Below, piece after piece: positions 1 to 12,700 of a stretch of 64,000 nucleotides of DNA; position 1 is the stretch's first letter; every line of letters begins with the position of its first letter. The stretch comes from Haliotis rubra. Taxonomy: Eukaryota. The notes beneath the pieces were generated by a model. The model was not told the DNA's origin and made no database searches. It was given only the letters and a program-made list of their open reading frames with translations. The translations under genes were made by a program, and so were the position numbers. The stretch is taken from positions 558,001 through 622,000 of the forward strand of contig NW_025767024.1 of assembly GCF_003918875.1 (NCBI RefSeq), written 5' to 3'.

Positions 1-398
1 CTTGCCTGAAATCTATAATTGAAACTTCGAGACGAACAGCTTCCAAACAGAAAACACTTGCCTTATATGGAATGAAAATTGTCGCACACAGTGTTGCCAG
101 TGTTTGCCAAACTGGTTTCAATCATAGGTTGTGGGTAGGATATTAGTAGAGAGCGCTCCAAGGGACATAACTCTAAGGGGTTCACTTGAAATAATGTTCA
201 GCCAGTAGAGGGCGCGAGAGTCGATTTAATGCAACTTTGCATTAATTCATTCCAACTTTTTAATATAATATTGCAATCTAAATACGTAAAAAAAATGTGG
301 AATAAATTATATGGTAGCTTCCTTGAGGGCTGATAGTTAGTATTACTGAGAGAAATGCATTATTTCTTTTAAGATAAGTGCGGTGTGATATGGTGCCT
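1..398. mobile_element. Non-autonomous DNA transposon (Kolobok-like, TTAA target), right part; same family as 28362-28865
   Basis: Aligns by eye with 28474-28865; ends GTGCCT followed by TTAA. Confidence 0.65.
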
Positions 399-679
399 TT
401 AAGCAGGCTTGTATAAAGGGTATGGCTGAGATGTTCTGAGCCTGAGGATTCAGACAATACAGCGTTATTGGTTTGTGGACATCGAAGGGGATTATAACTT
501 CCATCAACAGAACCCATTGTACTTACATTCAAAACTGCCTCTCCTCGTATCATGTACCAATTATCATCACATGTATTTTTATATTGGCCAATTGGCCTAT
601 GAAAATTTGAAGCTTCCAATGGATGTGTTTTTGTAATATTTTATTTATTTATGAGTGTTTTGTTTGTGAAACCAAGAAT

Positions 680-919
680 CAGGGGTGGAAATAACCCATT
701 GCCCGACGCCTGAGTCCAGCGTTTTTTTCTGTCGGGCAAGCAAATTTGTATATCACACTGTACCGGTGTCCAGTTGACTTTCCAATGTTAATTATGTTGT
801 TTATTTAAAGAATCAACAAGAAAACGGCTGTTATAGTGGAAAAATGATCAGGGCAAGTGATTTTACATGTGCCACTGTACCGGAGTACACTAGCAATTTT
901 AAAGTTATTTCCACCCCTG
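680..919. mobile_element. MITE with CAGGGGTGGAAATAAC terminal inverted repeats
   Basis: Perfect 16-bp TIRs at 680-695 and 904-919; 5-bp direct repeat AGAAT on both flanks. Confidence 0.75.
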
Positions 920-1137
920 AGAATGCAATAATGCTGTGAACCAAAGCCCCCGTTTTACCTTGTCTTGTCTCACCTTGTAATGTGAATATCGCAACACTTT
1001 GTGATGTTTATGAATTTTAGCTCATCTCACTGGAAAGGCCATGTGGACTTATGTCCTCGCAAATCATCCATTGTCCATCTCTGTCTGTCCATCTGTTTGT
1101 GTGAAAACAAAGTCTTGGATCAATGGACGTGTTTTGT

Positions 1138-1369
1138 CTTCAAAATGAGCACCTTATAAATGTGCTGAATTCATTTAATTTAGCAACAAATTATGTTTAA
1201 GTAAAGAGACAAACTGTACAATGTCAGAAGTAAATAGATATAACGGAAAAATAAACATCCCATGTTTCTAAAAGCATTAGCATTTGTTTTTCACTCAAAG
1301 CAACCTATCCGAACACTGTTATATAAAATAGATTTACACAAACACATTTATAAGGTGCTCATTTTGAAG
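1138..1369. mobile_element. MITE remnant with long inverted repeats
   Basis: CTTCAAAATGAGCACCTTATAAATGTG (1138-1164) is the reverse complement of 1343-1369. Confidence 0.55.
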
Positions 1370-2418
1370 GTTTATACAGTGTATCTTGTCAGTAAGTAGT
1401 TGCGAGAGGTAGCAGCTTTCCACTTGCTTCTCACAAATGTTTCTGCCAGTTCTATGAATCATGTTTACTTTTGTCATCATCCCTTCCTATGTACTTTTAA
1501 TTCTTGCACCTTGAGCACGCTGCAAATGAGCACATTATGTATATGCTCAATTATTATTATTATTATTTATTAATTCTGAATGATGATTTTAGCTGTATTT
1601 TTCATATTTTTATTCCTTATGATTCTGTTGTGCAGATAAAAATGACATTAAACTATTTATTTTCTGAGTGTTGATTTAACTCAGATCATTCCAATTTGTC
1701 AACAGAAATGAGTGTCCCCTGAAATATGGGGAATTTTTTTTACCTTATCCTGCATTACTCCTTAATGCATTTACTGCTTTCCTTTGACAAGACGAAGCTG
1801 TGAGATGGAGCATCAAAGAGAAGTTGTTCCAACTAAGCGAGCCGCCATACTGCCATCGTACTGCGCCCATGTGACCTGGAAAGTGCTGACATCACGTATC
1901 TTCACATTACTGCTTGTCACCAGCCTGACAGGCCGTGCGATTTTTTGCTGGGATCAAACTTGCGACTTTACACGTTTTTTCTGTGTTTTCTTTTGTCGTT
2001 TTTCCTTTTGGATAGTTTCTTCAAGAAACGGTTTGTGACTATTTATTTAAAGAGAAGAGTAATTGTGTTTTTCCCTGGTCTGCACGTTATTTAATTGATT
2101 CATGTTTATATCGTGTCGTCTGCTTGTTCCATTTAGCCATGTTGCATTCAGTGCACGTGAACACGGCCTCGTGTTCTGCTCTGTTTTTGCAGGTTTTATT
2201 CCTTGGTAGTCTCTTTTATGCTACTTTACCAATGTTCTGTTTATATACTACAATATTCGTTACTAAATGTATCTGTAACTTGTCCAGTATATTGTTACAA
2301 GCATTAAGTTTTCCCTTAACCATGTTTTTGGTAGGCGGGAAATAATGGTTGTCTCTTTATTTGTGTTTTTTTCTTACACACTTTATTGGTTTTGGGCTTC
2401 TGCTTATGTTGCAGATTT

Positions 2419-4486
2419 ATGCCGCGTTATATTGCCTGCAACGACAGCAAGTCAAGCAGGGACCCCCATCCGAGGTGTTTAAACTGTACTTGGCAGTGTT
2501 CCCTGACATCCAAGTGTGCTCTTTCTCCCACAGCTTTCAATAAGTATTTGCAGGTTTCTAGGAAGCGAATTACGCAACAAGCTTACAGACGCAGGATGTC
2601 TGCTTCTCAAGACTCTATTATCTCCCTGGCTGCTACGGAGGTATGTGGTTCTATGGAGGAGACATCAACCCCACCGACTAAGGTGATGTCTGGTTTATCT
2701 ACTACAGCATCTTTGAGTGGTTTGTCGACACTGCCTGGCGTCTTTGTCTTCAACAGCTTCGACACTGTTTTTTCTGACACCATCTACTTGTCCGGCGCCT
2801 CTAGTGTCGTCTGTGATGACAGCATCAGCGACTGTGGCGCCGCCTAGCCTTCCTGCCTACCAGTGTGAGCTTCCAGCGCCCTACATGGACCCAGGTTGGA
2901 TGCAGTCCTTTTTACAGTCTATGTTTCAACAGAGGATGGCACCTTTGGTGGTCCCTCCATTTACTCCACAGCCGGCGTTCCCTTCCCTCCCAGGACATGC
3001 AGTGTTTGCAGCGCCTGGGGCGCCTCTCCTGATGGCAACTCCTCCCGCGCACACTGTACCTCTGTTGTCTACTGCACAGTCTGCACCGCCTTTACCTGCC
3101 GCGTCACTGGTTCTCTCGTCTCCGACTCCGTTGACGCTTGTAGCTTCCGTTACTGCTCCAGCGTGTGTGGCGCCCTCGGCATCTCCTTTTTTGACACCAT
3201 CAACAGTTACGGGTAGCGCCTCTACTTCTAGTTCGCGCCATAGCAGGAAATCCACCAAACAGAGATGCAGGTCTTATAAGCACCATTCGGATTCATCAGA
3301 GGGCGCTTTTGTACCGATTGATGAAGACTCATCTCCAGAAATTAATGCTCACTTAGGACTTCGACAAGTCCCGGAGCGGATGTCTGATCGTCTATCCGAG
3401 GTGGCTCCTTCCCCAGTTCCGGGTATTGAAAAGAGGGATATTATTTGGTCGGACCCAACTTCTATCCCACCGGATCCTATGATCAAGGATTTGATAACGA
3501 CTCTTGACGAGGATTTTGCCACGTTATCTCTTACTCCATCCATTAAGGTGCCACGTTTTCGGAAGGATGATTTTCCTATCCATGCTCTTGAAGTGGCGGA
3601 TTTGCCTCACACGCTTGATGAGGACTTACTGACTAGCTCATCTAAACCTGCAACGCTCTGTATGCTGGACACTTGTTTAGCCTTTATTGAGACGGAAATT
3701 CGATGCTCCCTCAAACCTTTGTCGGCACTGGCATCCTCCTTGAGGGCGATTAGTCGTGACTTATCTGAAAACAATCTGAATCGTATAAACCATCTCCACA
3801 CTGTGATGACTTTTCAACAGAGGCAAACTGAGCATATGAGTAATCTTCTGAAGGCAATGCTAGCTGAAATCACGTCAACACGACGCCTGGGATATTTGGC
3901 TCTTTTGGAATGGGACTCTGAATTTAAACGACGTCTACTTCGTCAGCCTTGGTCTGCTTCCTCCCTTTTTAATGGTGAAGTTTCCAACACACACTCCCGT
4001 GTTTCTGATTATGCTCGTGATGAGACGGCCCTCAAGGCCCTGGAACAAGTTTCGAAGAATTCAGCGCTTAAAGTTCCTAGGGTAGGGAATTATCAACCCG
4101 GGTGCACCTCTCTCCAGCCACAATCCAGCCAGCCCTGTCGGGGTAGAGGTCGTGAGAGAGGGAGACAATCTGGGAATTACCAGCCCTGCAGGGACAGGAG
4201 TTCTGGTAGAGGGAGGGAGGGGCAAGCAATGAAGTGCTGGACACAACGACTGGGAACTCCCACCCCCAGCCGTACCGGTCACAAACACCTCAGTAGGTGG
4301 GAGATTGGGTCGATATTGGAAGAACTGGTGGTTATTAGGAGACCAACATCCTCCGTCAGGCTATCGACTTTCACTGATAGACAATCCACTGTTAACAATC
4401 TCACCTCAAACGGATGTTTACCCCCCCAACCAAAATCACATCTTATTGGACAATATAAACATTTTGTTACACAAGAGAGCCATTGA
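2419..4486 (+). pseudogene. DIRS gag-like ORF1 (frameshifted near 2720-2760)
   Basis: N-terminal Cys/His motif MPRYIAC...DPHPRCLNC...C...C, then the Pro/Ser-rich and RG-rich ORF 2717-4486; position upstream of RT. Confidence 0.75.
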
Positions 4487-5775
4487 GATAGTGCCGACTT
4501 TGACACCAGGTTTTTACTCCCCAGTATTCTGGTTCCCAAAAGGACTCCGACAAGTTCAGAATGATCCAAAATCTATCTCGGTTCAACTTAACGTTATCTG
4601 GAACCCTGCCTCACTTTCAAATGACAACGCGTTGAGACTGCTCAGGACCAGAATCAGCGCTCACAACTACCTGATGAGTCTTGACTTGCAGGACGCGTAT
4701 TTGCATGTGCCAATCCACCCCAGCGACAGGCGTTTCCTCAGGTTTATTTTCAATGGTATCCATTACCAATGGGCGGGACTCCCGTTTGGAATTTCCTCGG
4801 CCCCATGGCTTTTCAAACGAATAACCAAGCCAATAGCAGCCTATCTACACCTGAGGAACATTCAATTTGAGTCATACATCGATGACTGTCTCCTCAATCA
4901 GCTGACGCCTGCTTCATCAGCTGGGATGGCTTGTCAATGAGCAGAAGTCAGAACTCACTCCCTCTTGCACACTACAGTTCATAGGGGATTGTTCAAGTCA
5001 CATCTGAACCTCTTATCCGTTCCAAGGGACTGCTGGCTCAAGATTCTGCACAGCATCTTTATCCAGCGCTCCATCAATCTCGTACTCTTCACCAGTGGCA
5101 AGTACTTCTGGGGTTACTAACGCCAGCTCAGGATTTGACAACCAGGGGTCGCCTTCAACTCGCGCCTGATCAAAATTTTCCGAGCCCCATTCATCAGGCT
5201 TTCAGGATCAGTCGATCTCCATCAACAATCTGGAGTTGGAGGCAGTCATTCTGGCCCGTGTCTCACTGGCAGTCACGCGTCGTCAGCATGCCGAACTCAT
5301 CATATTGATTGACGGACAACACCACGATGATCTGGTGTCTTCGCCAACCAGGGAACGACTCATTCTCAATCCCTGTTGCATCAGGCATTTTGATTTTTTG
5401 TCGTCGATCGCCTGGACTTGAAGTTCATCGCATTACAGCATATTCGGGTTGCGAAACATTCTTAGCGGACGACCTTTCCAGACAGGAAAGCACCCACGAA
5501 TGGGAGCTACACCCAGAGGTGTTCAACATCAATTGTCTTAAGCCTCCCAATATAGACATCCCAACTCAGAGCTTACTCACCACCTCTCTTTGATTTTGAT
5601 CGCGCCTTGGTGGCCAGCGAAGAGTTGGTTCGTGGATTTAAGAAAGCTCGTCACCCACGATCCTCTAAAGCTGCCAGAGTGGCCAAATCTGCTGATACAC
5701 CCACACAGCAGGCTTTCACACCTGGCTCCAGGTCAGTTTCGTCTGCACGCCTGGTACATTTGCAAAGGGCTTTAA
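4305..5775 (+). pseudogene. DIRS reverse transcriptase / RNase H / methyltransferase-like region, disrupted
   Basis: SLDLQDAYLHVPIHP, LPFGISSAPWLF, YIDD; RNase H pieces SINNLELEAV, TDNTT, LADDLSR; ILIAPWWPAKSWF; several frameshifts. Confidence 0.9.
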
Positions 5776-5793
5776 GCGCCAAGGGCCATAACT

Positions 5794-6783
5794 TTGGCAC
5801 ACAGACCCTCAACTCGAGGTTTTTATGACGACAAATGGAGATCCTTTGAGAGGTTTTGCAAGGACAAACATCAAGTTCCTGTTACTGCATCACCTCAATT
5901 ACTGCCTGAATTTCTTCTGTTTCTGCGTAATCACAGACACCTCAGGGGTAGTACCATTACGACGTATTTGGTAGCTCTGAATGCGGTGTTGGCTGTTCCA
6001 GAGGATGACCAACATGACCAAGATTCCAGAAGTACAGGCTTTGATGTGTTCTTTTCGTCTAGAGGACCAGAAGGTCAAGTTTAGGCCACCTGCTTGGGAC
6101 CTGAACGTTGTGCTTTGTTTGTTGCGGGAGGCACCATTCGAGCCGCTTCATGCCATATCTTTTTACGACCTCACCAAGAAGATTTTTTTTCTCCTTGTGC
6201 TGGCCACGGCAGCTAGGATGAGTGAGCTGCATGCTCTCGATGTCACCCGTGTTTGATTTGAACGGACCCCACATGGAGCCGTCCACCTGGGACTGTGCTG
6301 GGACTTCATTGCAAAAAGTCAACTCCCTGGACAGCCCAACAGGTCTTTCACGATTCCCCCTCTCTCTTCAATTGTGGGATCTGAGGATGACGCAGAACTT
6401 CATTTATGCCCGGTCTGTGCACTGCGATGTTTTCTTCGTCGGTCTAAGGCTCATTGTGGTGCAAGGAAACAGCTCTTTATTCCTGTCTCCAAGACATCCA
6501 AGGCGGAAGTTAGTCGTACCACTTTGGCGTTATGGTTGCGAGCCACCATTCTCCAGGCTTATGAAGCTAACAACCCTCATGAGATCAGAACGGTAGCCTC
6601 CACGATGGCCATCCATAGTAATTGTTCCATTAGATCCATCATGGAAGGATGCTTTTAGAAATCTGATACAGTTTTTTCCAGTCACTACTTGAGGGATGTG
6701 GCACTGGAAGACGTAAGAGGGCGTACACAGTTTTGGTCCCCTGGTGGTGGCACAACAGGTTACCAATCCCACGGCAGTCCTGA
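5794..6783 (+). pseudogene. DIRS tyrosine recombinase (phage-integrase fold), disrupted
   Basis: N-terminal STRGFYDDKWRSF; PAWDLNVVL; ATAARMSEL (Arg); LCPVCAL; HEIR (HxxR); TAG where the conserved Trp is expected; FSSHYL (catalytic Tyr). Confidence 0.9.
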
Positions 6784-7984
6784 GCAAGCCTTGTGACTCT
6801 TGGTGTACATCACCCTAGACGAGCAGGTTCCATGCTGTTTGCATTCTCTCGGTAGGTCAGTTTCAGATTGTAGTGTTTGTTTCTCTTTTACTGCCATCCA
6901 ACCTGGACGCCTTTCATTCCTCACACTCTCTTTTATCCTGGCAGGTATGGTCTCTGGGATTCATCGACCATGACTACTGATGGATTATCTCCTGCGGTGT
7001 GAGAGGTTTCTTTTTATCATGAGTATCCCATCTGAAGGTTTGCTCGCCTCCTTTCTGTCGGATACAGATGCATTAAGGTATTAATCTAGATATTTTTTAT
7101 ATTTGTATACTTATCCTGCATTACTCAGTCTCGACGCCCACCCATCGCTGCACTACCTCCCCACGATGGTTTTCTTCAGATGTCACAATCCAGCAGTAAT
7201 TTGAAGATACGTGACGTCAGCACTTTCCGGGTCACGTGGGCGCAGTGCATGGCAGTGCATGGCAGTATGGCGGCTCGCTTAGTTGGAACAACTTCTCTTC
7301 GATGATTCGATCTTACAGCTTCGTCTTTTCAAAGAAAAGCAGTAAATGCATTAAGGAGTAATGCAGGATAAGTATTTAAATATACAAAATATCTAGATTT
7401 TACTAGCTTCTTTCCAGTGGATGATTGTGTAAGCTGAGCATTTGTTCGCTTATTAAAGGAATATTGTTGCTTTTATTTATGAATGGTGATACTTCATTGT
7501 CTTGTATACACTGAAGGGCAGTGAATGATAATTGTTTTTTAATGGTTTGACTTGCAAAAGAGAGTGAGTGAGATTAGTTTTATGCTGCTTATATTGCTAA
7601 AAGCGGTGAAACTAAACTCACTCACTCTCTTATGAGTATTGCTCAGTAAAGAAAACTCTTTGTGTTAATGAGATCAATTAATCAAGACCTTTACTGAAAT
7701 AGATATGCAAGCTGTGATGTCATGCTACAAGGTTTACAGTTTTGTACAATGGGTAAATGCACAAAGTCTTCTGCTATTGGGTAATAAAGTTTGATATGTG
7801 CGCAAAATGATGCTATAAAGTGTTACATATTCATCATATCCATGCGTATCCGTGTACCAGCAGCATTATTTGTTTGGTATGACATTGTTTTATTTACACA
7901 AATACACAGATTATCTGCAGTTCTTGTGCAATAGATGTGGTGTTCAAAGGATGGTTATTGTATAATTCGACTGAAGGACTAGCA

Positions 7985-8575
7985 AAATAGTTGTCAAGTA
8001 TATCACATGAATAGTTTGAAGATACATCACGTGATATGTTGCCAAGTACATCACATGATTAGTTGCCAAGGTCATCACGTGATATGTTGCCAAGGTACAT
8101 CACATGATTAGTTGCCAAGTACATCACATGAATATTTGCCAAGGTCATCACGTGATATGTTGCCAAGTACATCCCATGGATAGTTGCTAAGGTCATCACG
8201 TGATATGTTGCCAAGTACATCCTATGGATAGTTGCCAAGTACATCACTGGATAGTTGCCAAGTACATCACATGAATAGTTGCCAAATTACATCACATGTA
8301 TCATATATTGCCAAGTACATCACATGATTAGTTGCCAAGGTCATCACGTGATATGTTGCCAAGGTACATCACATGATTAGTTGCCAAGTACATCCCATGG
8401 ATACATCACATGAATATTTGCCAAGGTCATCACGTGATATGTTGCCAAGGTACATCACGTGATGATAGCCTGCTAAGTACATCCAATGGATAGTTGCCAT
8501 AATACATCACATGAATAGTCACAGTACATCACATTTGAATAGTTGCCAAGATACATGACGTGACATGTTGCCAAG
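7985..8575. repeat. ~24-bp minisatellite (alternating GTTGCCAAGTACATCACATGATTA / GTTGCCAAGGTCATCACGTGATAT), followed by (TG)n
   Basis: Direct tandem repeats visible in the sequence. Confidence 0.92.
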
Positions 8576-8753
8576 GTGTGTGTGTGTGTGTGTGTGTGTG
8601 TGATGATGAAGCCTCCATGTCATGTACAAAATTCAATGCCCCCAACCCTATATTCCCCATAATGTTTTAATGTTCCTATGTACAAAATTGCTGAACCTCC
8701 TAGTCCATGTGTTCAAAAATTGATGACCCCACTACCTCCCCAGAACAAAATGG

Positions 8754-8921
8754 TGGCGGTGGGGTAGTCTAGTGGTTAAAGCGTTCGCTCGTCACTCCGA
8801 AAACCCGGGTTCGATTCTCCACATGGGTACAATGTGTGAAGCCCATTTCTGGTGTCCCCCACCGTGATATTGCTGGAATATTGCTAATGGCAGGGTAAAA
8901 CCAAACCAAACTCCCTCACTC
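8754..8921 (+). mobile_element. tRNA-derived SINE family A (~160 bp)
   Basis: A-box/B-box-like head (TAGTGGTTAAAGCG...GGTTCGATTC) and (CACT)n tail. Other copies at about 10255(-), 12127(-), 17045(-), 27483(-), 28021(-), 29549(+), 33575(+), 36998(+), 62881(+), 63855(+). Confidence 0.85.
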
Positions 8922-9790
8922 AGAACAAAATGGGCAAAAGAAGAGTGGGCTTAAGAAGTTCGTAGGGCTACGAACGTTTCGAGAATAGCTGGCCTGGTCT
9001 CTTTTACTATTTGATAGTGATTCATAAACACACGCCCGCGATGAAGTCGAAATCATTGTTTGTGGTTGATGTGGAATGGGTTTGTCACTGACGTCTAGTG
9101 AACATCAGGCAAACCCTTGAAGATCCAGGTTATAATTGGTCTTCAAGCCATTCTAAGAGGCGACTAACGGGATCATGTGGTCAGGCTCGCTGACTTGGTT
9201 GATACATCGTGTCCCAATTTCGTAGATCGATACTCATGCTGATGATCACTCGATTGTCTGGTTCAGACTAGATTATTTACACACCGCCGCCATATAGCTG
9301 GAACATTGCTGGGTCTGGCATTAACAAGCAAACAATTTGTCCGGGCTATTGCTGTGTTTATAATGCTTGACCTCTGATATGCTATGCTGTACTATTCTAT
9401 AAAATGGGTACTCCTCTTAGTAAACGGACTATGAGCAGACCAGTTGTTCTTTCCACCTCCCACCTCCCACCGACTGGACGGGTTGCGACAAGAACCATTT
9501 TTTAACGTATTTTAGAATGATGCGACCGGGAATCGAACCTCTGTCCTTCCGCTCTCCCGGCAGAAGCTGTGTCAACTGGACCGAGGAGCCGGACATGAGT
9601 GAGTTGAGTTTTCCGCCGCACTCAGCAATATTCAAGCTATTCCCGTTTTTCACGTCCCTTGCCATATTGCTGGCATATTGCTAAAAACAGCGTAAAAACC
9701 ATTCCCACTCTCTCCTGTATAAATATCTCTGTAATAACTGTCAGTTTTTGCATGCACTTTATTCAGGACCTCAGCAAGATGCTAAGCAGT

Positions 9791-12700
9791 TCACACAACA
9801 TATAAACTGGAAGGATGGCCGTCCCAGCAGCGCGGTTTTCCGTCACAATTAAAAATGCTGTACTTGTGATTTCTCCCGTCTATTAAAAGCTGATGGGTGT
9901 GGCCTTGGGCTTTGCTTGTCAGCATCCTTACGCGACGTCCGCCTGCCATTTGCGCCTGAACGTCTTGGGACACGTAGATTTCGTGGACGTGTGGACCTGG
10001 GGGTGTCTTGGTTGCAACGCCTGTTCTCAGATGTAACATTCCCTGGATAATACAATGGCGTTCATAATGTTACATCATCCCTTGATATTAAAAATACAAT
10101 ATCAACGATGTTATTAATTTTAGTTAACGTAAATGACTGTCATTCTACAGTGACAGTGGTCTTTCCTCAACATTAAAACCAAGCCCATCGCCTTATCCGG
10201 GGGAATTCCTTTCACAAATCTGAGGATGTATGCGTGATAGAGTATGAAATTGTGCAATATTCCAGCAATATCACGGTGGGGGAACACCAGAAATATGTTT
10301 TACTCTTGCAACCATGTTGGGAATCGAACCCGGGCTTTCGACGTGACAAGCGACGCTTTAAGCTTCAAACCACTCTATCGCCCTTAAGTTTGAGTGATCT
10401 TTGAACTGTTTTTCATATATATCACGACTTATAACGCGTGAGGAGAGCCCGAGGTAAGTCTTTTAGTCTATTACACCCGGAGGAACCTATGGTGCCGTAT
10501 CGAGTCTTGTGAGTTACTGAGGATCATATCCAAGGTGATCTATTAAGGGACATTATTTTGCACAGTGAACTGGACTTCTGTATTATGTTTAGCACAATCA
10601 CTGCTAAACCGCTGGTTGCGTTCTGGTGTTTTGGTTACCTTTCCTTTAAATCAGTGTTAGATTTTTCATTGTGTTTTGATAGTTCCATACAAATGTGGAA
10701 TCCGTCTTGCCCAGGCATAAACAACACGTTTTATTCCTATTGTCAACGTACTCAGCCTTATTGCCGCTTGTTGACCCGTGAAAATCCGGGTTAGAATTGG
10801 TCTTCAGTAACCCATGTTTATCGTAAGAGGCGACTAACGGGATCAGGTGGTTAAGCTCGCTGACATGTTTAACACATGTCATCGCATCCCAATTGCGTAG
10901 ATAGATATTCATGCTGTTGATCACTGGATTGTATGGTCCAGATTCGATTATTTACAGACCGCCATCATATAGCTGGGATATTGCTGAGTGCGGCGTTTAA
11001 CAACAAACAACAGACATATTGCCGCTTGCTGCTATATGTTCATGTTTGACATCCAACAAACACGAGTGACCCGTTAATAACGACGCACCATTAATCTGCA
11101 CCATTCTCACCTGTAAACTGCATCTCCAGGCTACTGCACTTGCATGATTAATTATAGGTGCGAACATTTTGGCAATATTGGTAATGTTGTCTCACCGTAT
11201 GGCTGCCGTCCATGGTTGGAGGTTCCTCAAACAGTCCTTTGTACTTCTCGATGTCCATCATCATGTCCTTGAGAGCGTCAAGTTCCTTCCAGACGCCAGA
11301 CCCCTCCCCATGGATGGGAGCGATGGGGTACCGCATCCTGATCTTTCCCATCCCCGGGATATTGGGGAGCAGGACCCTTGGCCCCGAAGCCGCCACTTGC
11401 TGCACCTTTCCGTGTTTGTCCAGTACCCCAACAATGCTGGCATGATTCAATGACACCCCTTGGCCCGAGAACAACGTCGGAGGAGTACGGTAGTAGGCGT
11501 GGTAGCTGGAGCCGTTGTATGCCGTTTGGGGCGTGTTGCCTCCCACCCTTTGCTTGTTGGGCCCTTGGGAACCCTTTGACCAGAAGTCCAAGTTGAAAGG
11601 GTTCCAGCTCAAAACGGGGGTCAGGTAGATCACCTCAAGGGGAACGGCGTAGGAGTAGCGCCGAGACCAGGACTGGCACGTCTAGATATACGAAAAAAAC
11701 ATTAGTTGCCTAGAACTTTAAAGTGAACGTTTGACGCCACATAAAACGATATTCCCTCCGTCGTATGACGGGGCACAGCACGAAGGGATTCTCACAACAA
11801 CCTGTAACAACAGACCAACCCTCCCTACCTCCTATACATTACAAGGGCGTCCTATTGTCAATTCATGAAAAAAACAGTATGCAAGCTACATCGAATTATC
11901 GATTATTACAAACCAAGTTGTAATCCCCTGGGAGTAATTTACGTTACTGTTTATCAGCGTAACGAAGTGCTAATTGATTTACAGCAACCACTGAAATCGA
12001 TACATCTGAGGTTGAATGTAAACTGCCGGGAAAAGAACGAATACACCCATGTTTGATGGTGGGTAAAATTAAACACAAACAGGTAAATTTTATTCCATGG
12101 TGGTGTATTTGATGTAAGTACCGTAGTGAGTGAGTTTAATTTTACGCCGCAACATCACGGCGATGGACAGAAGTGGGCTTCACGCATTGTACCATTGTTG
12201 GAATGGAAACCGGTCTTCAGCGTGACGAACGCCCATGATCCATGACTCTTTTTAGACAAGTAACATTTTGATAATGTTTGTAACGCTTTGCTCAAACGTA
12301 ATTTTCAGTGTATAATTTCTTTCAGTTACGTTCCCCGAGCCCAGTGCGGTATTCATCTTCCAACCTAGGCGAGCCAGCGTGATGGTTCAAGATCGTGTTC
12401 GAGGGTCTTCTTGTTGAAGTTGATAAAGCTGGAATAGTACTTACACTCGCTTTAAACATTATTCAATAACGCTTGTTCTTGTAATTCCATTGTAGTTTTC
12501 TTGAAACATTCTGATCGGTGGTTTATCATTTTTTATTGGTCATGCACTTCGCGTACCGAAATAACCCTTTAAATAATTAAATAAACTCAGAAACAATTAT
12601 TGAAGCTGTTTCTGTCGAATACTGCAAGGCGTTTGAGTGAGTGAGTGAGTGTTTAGACATATTCCGGCAATATCCCGGTGGGGACATCTGGCATGGGGAT

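Larger units (their letters stand above)
1741..7401 (+). mobile_element. DIRS1-like tyrosine-recombinase retrotransposon, full-length structure, degenerate ORFs
   Basis: Inverted terminal repeats of ~170 bp (1745-1914 vs 7192-7372); internal complementary region 7068-7126; gag, RT (YIDD), RNase H, methyltransferase-like remnant and tyrosine recombinase in the canonical order. Confidence 0.93.

Noticed and set aside
5794-6783. Phage integrase suggesting a prophage or contamination
   Set aside because: Integral part of a DIRS retrotransposon, downstream of RT/RNase H and inside the ITRs.
10646-10924. Recurrent ORF MINxMSIDLRNWDxMTCV (also 35136, 42017, 42840)
   Set aside because: Antisense reading of SINE family B; recurrence reflects repeat copies.
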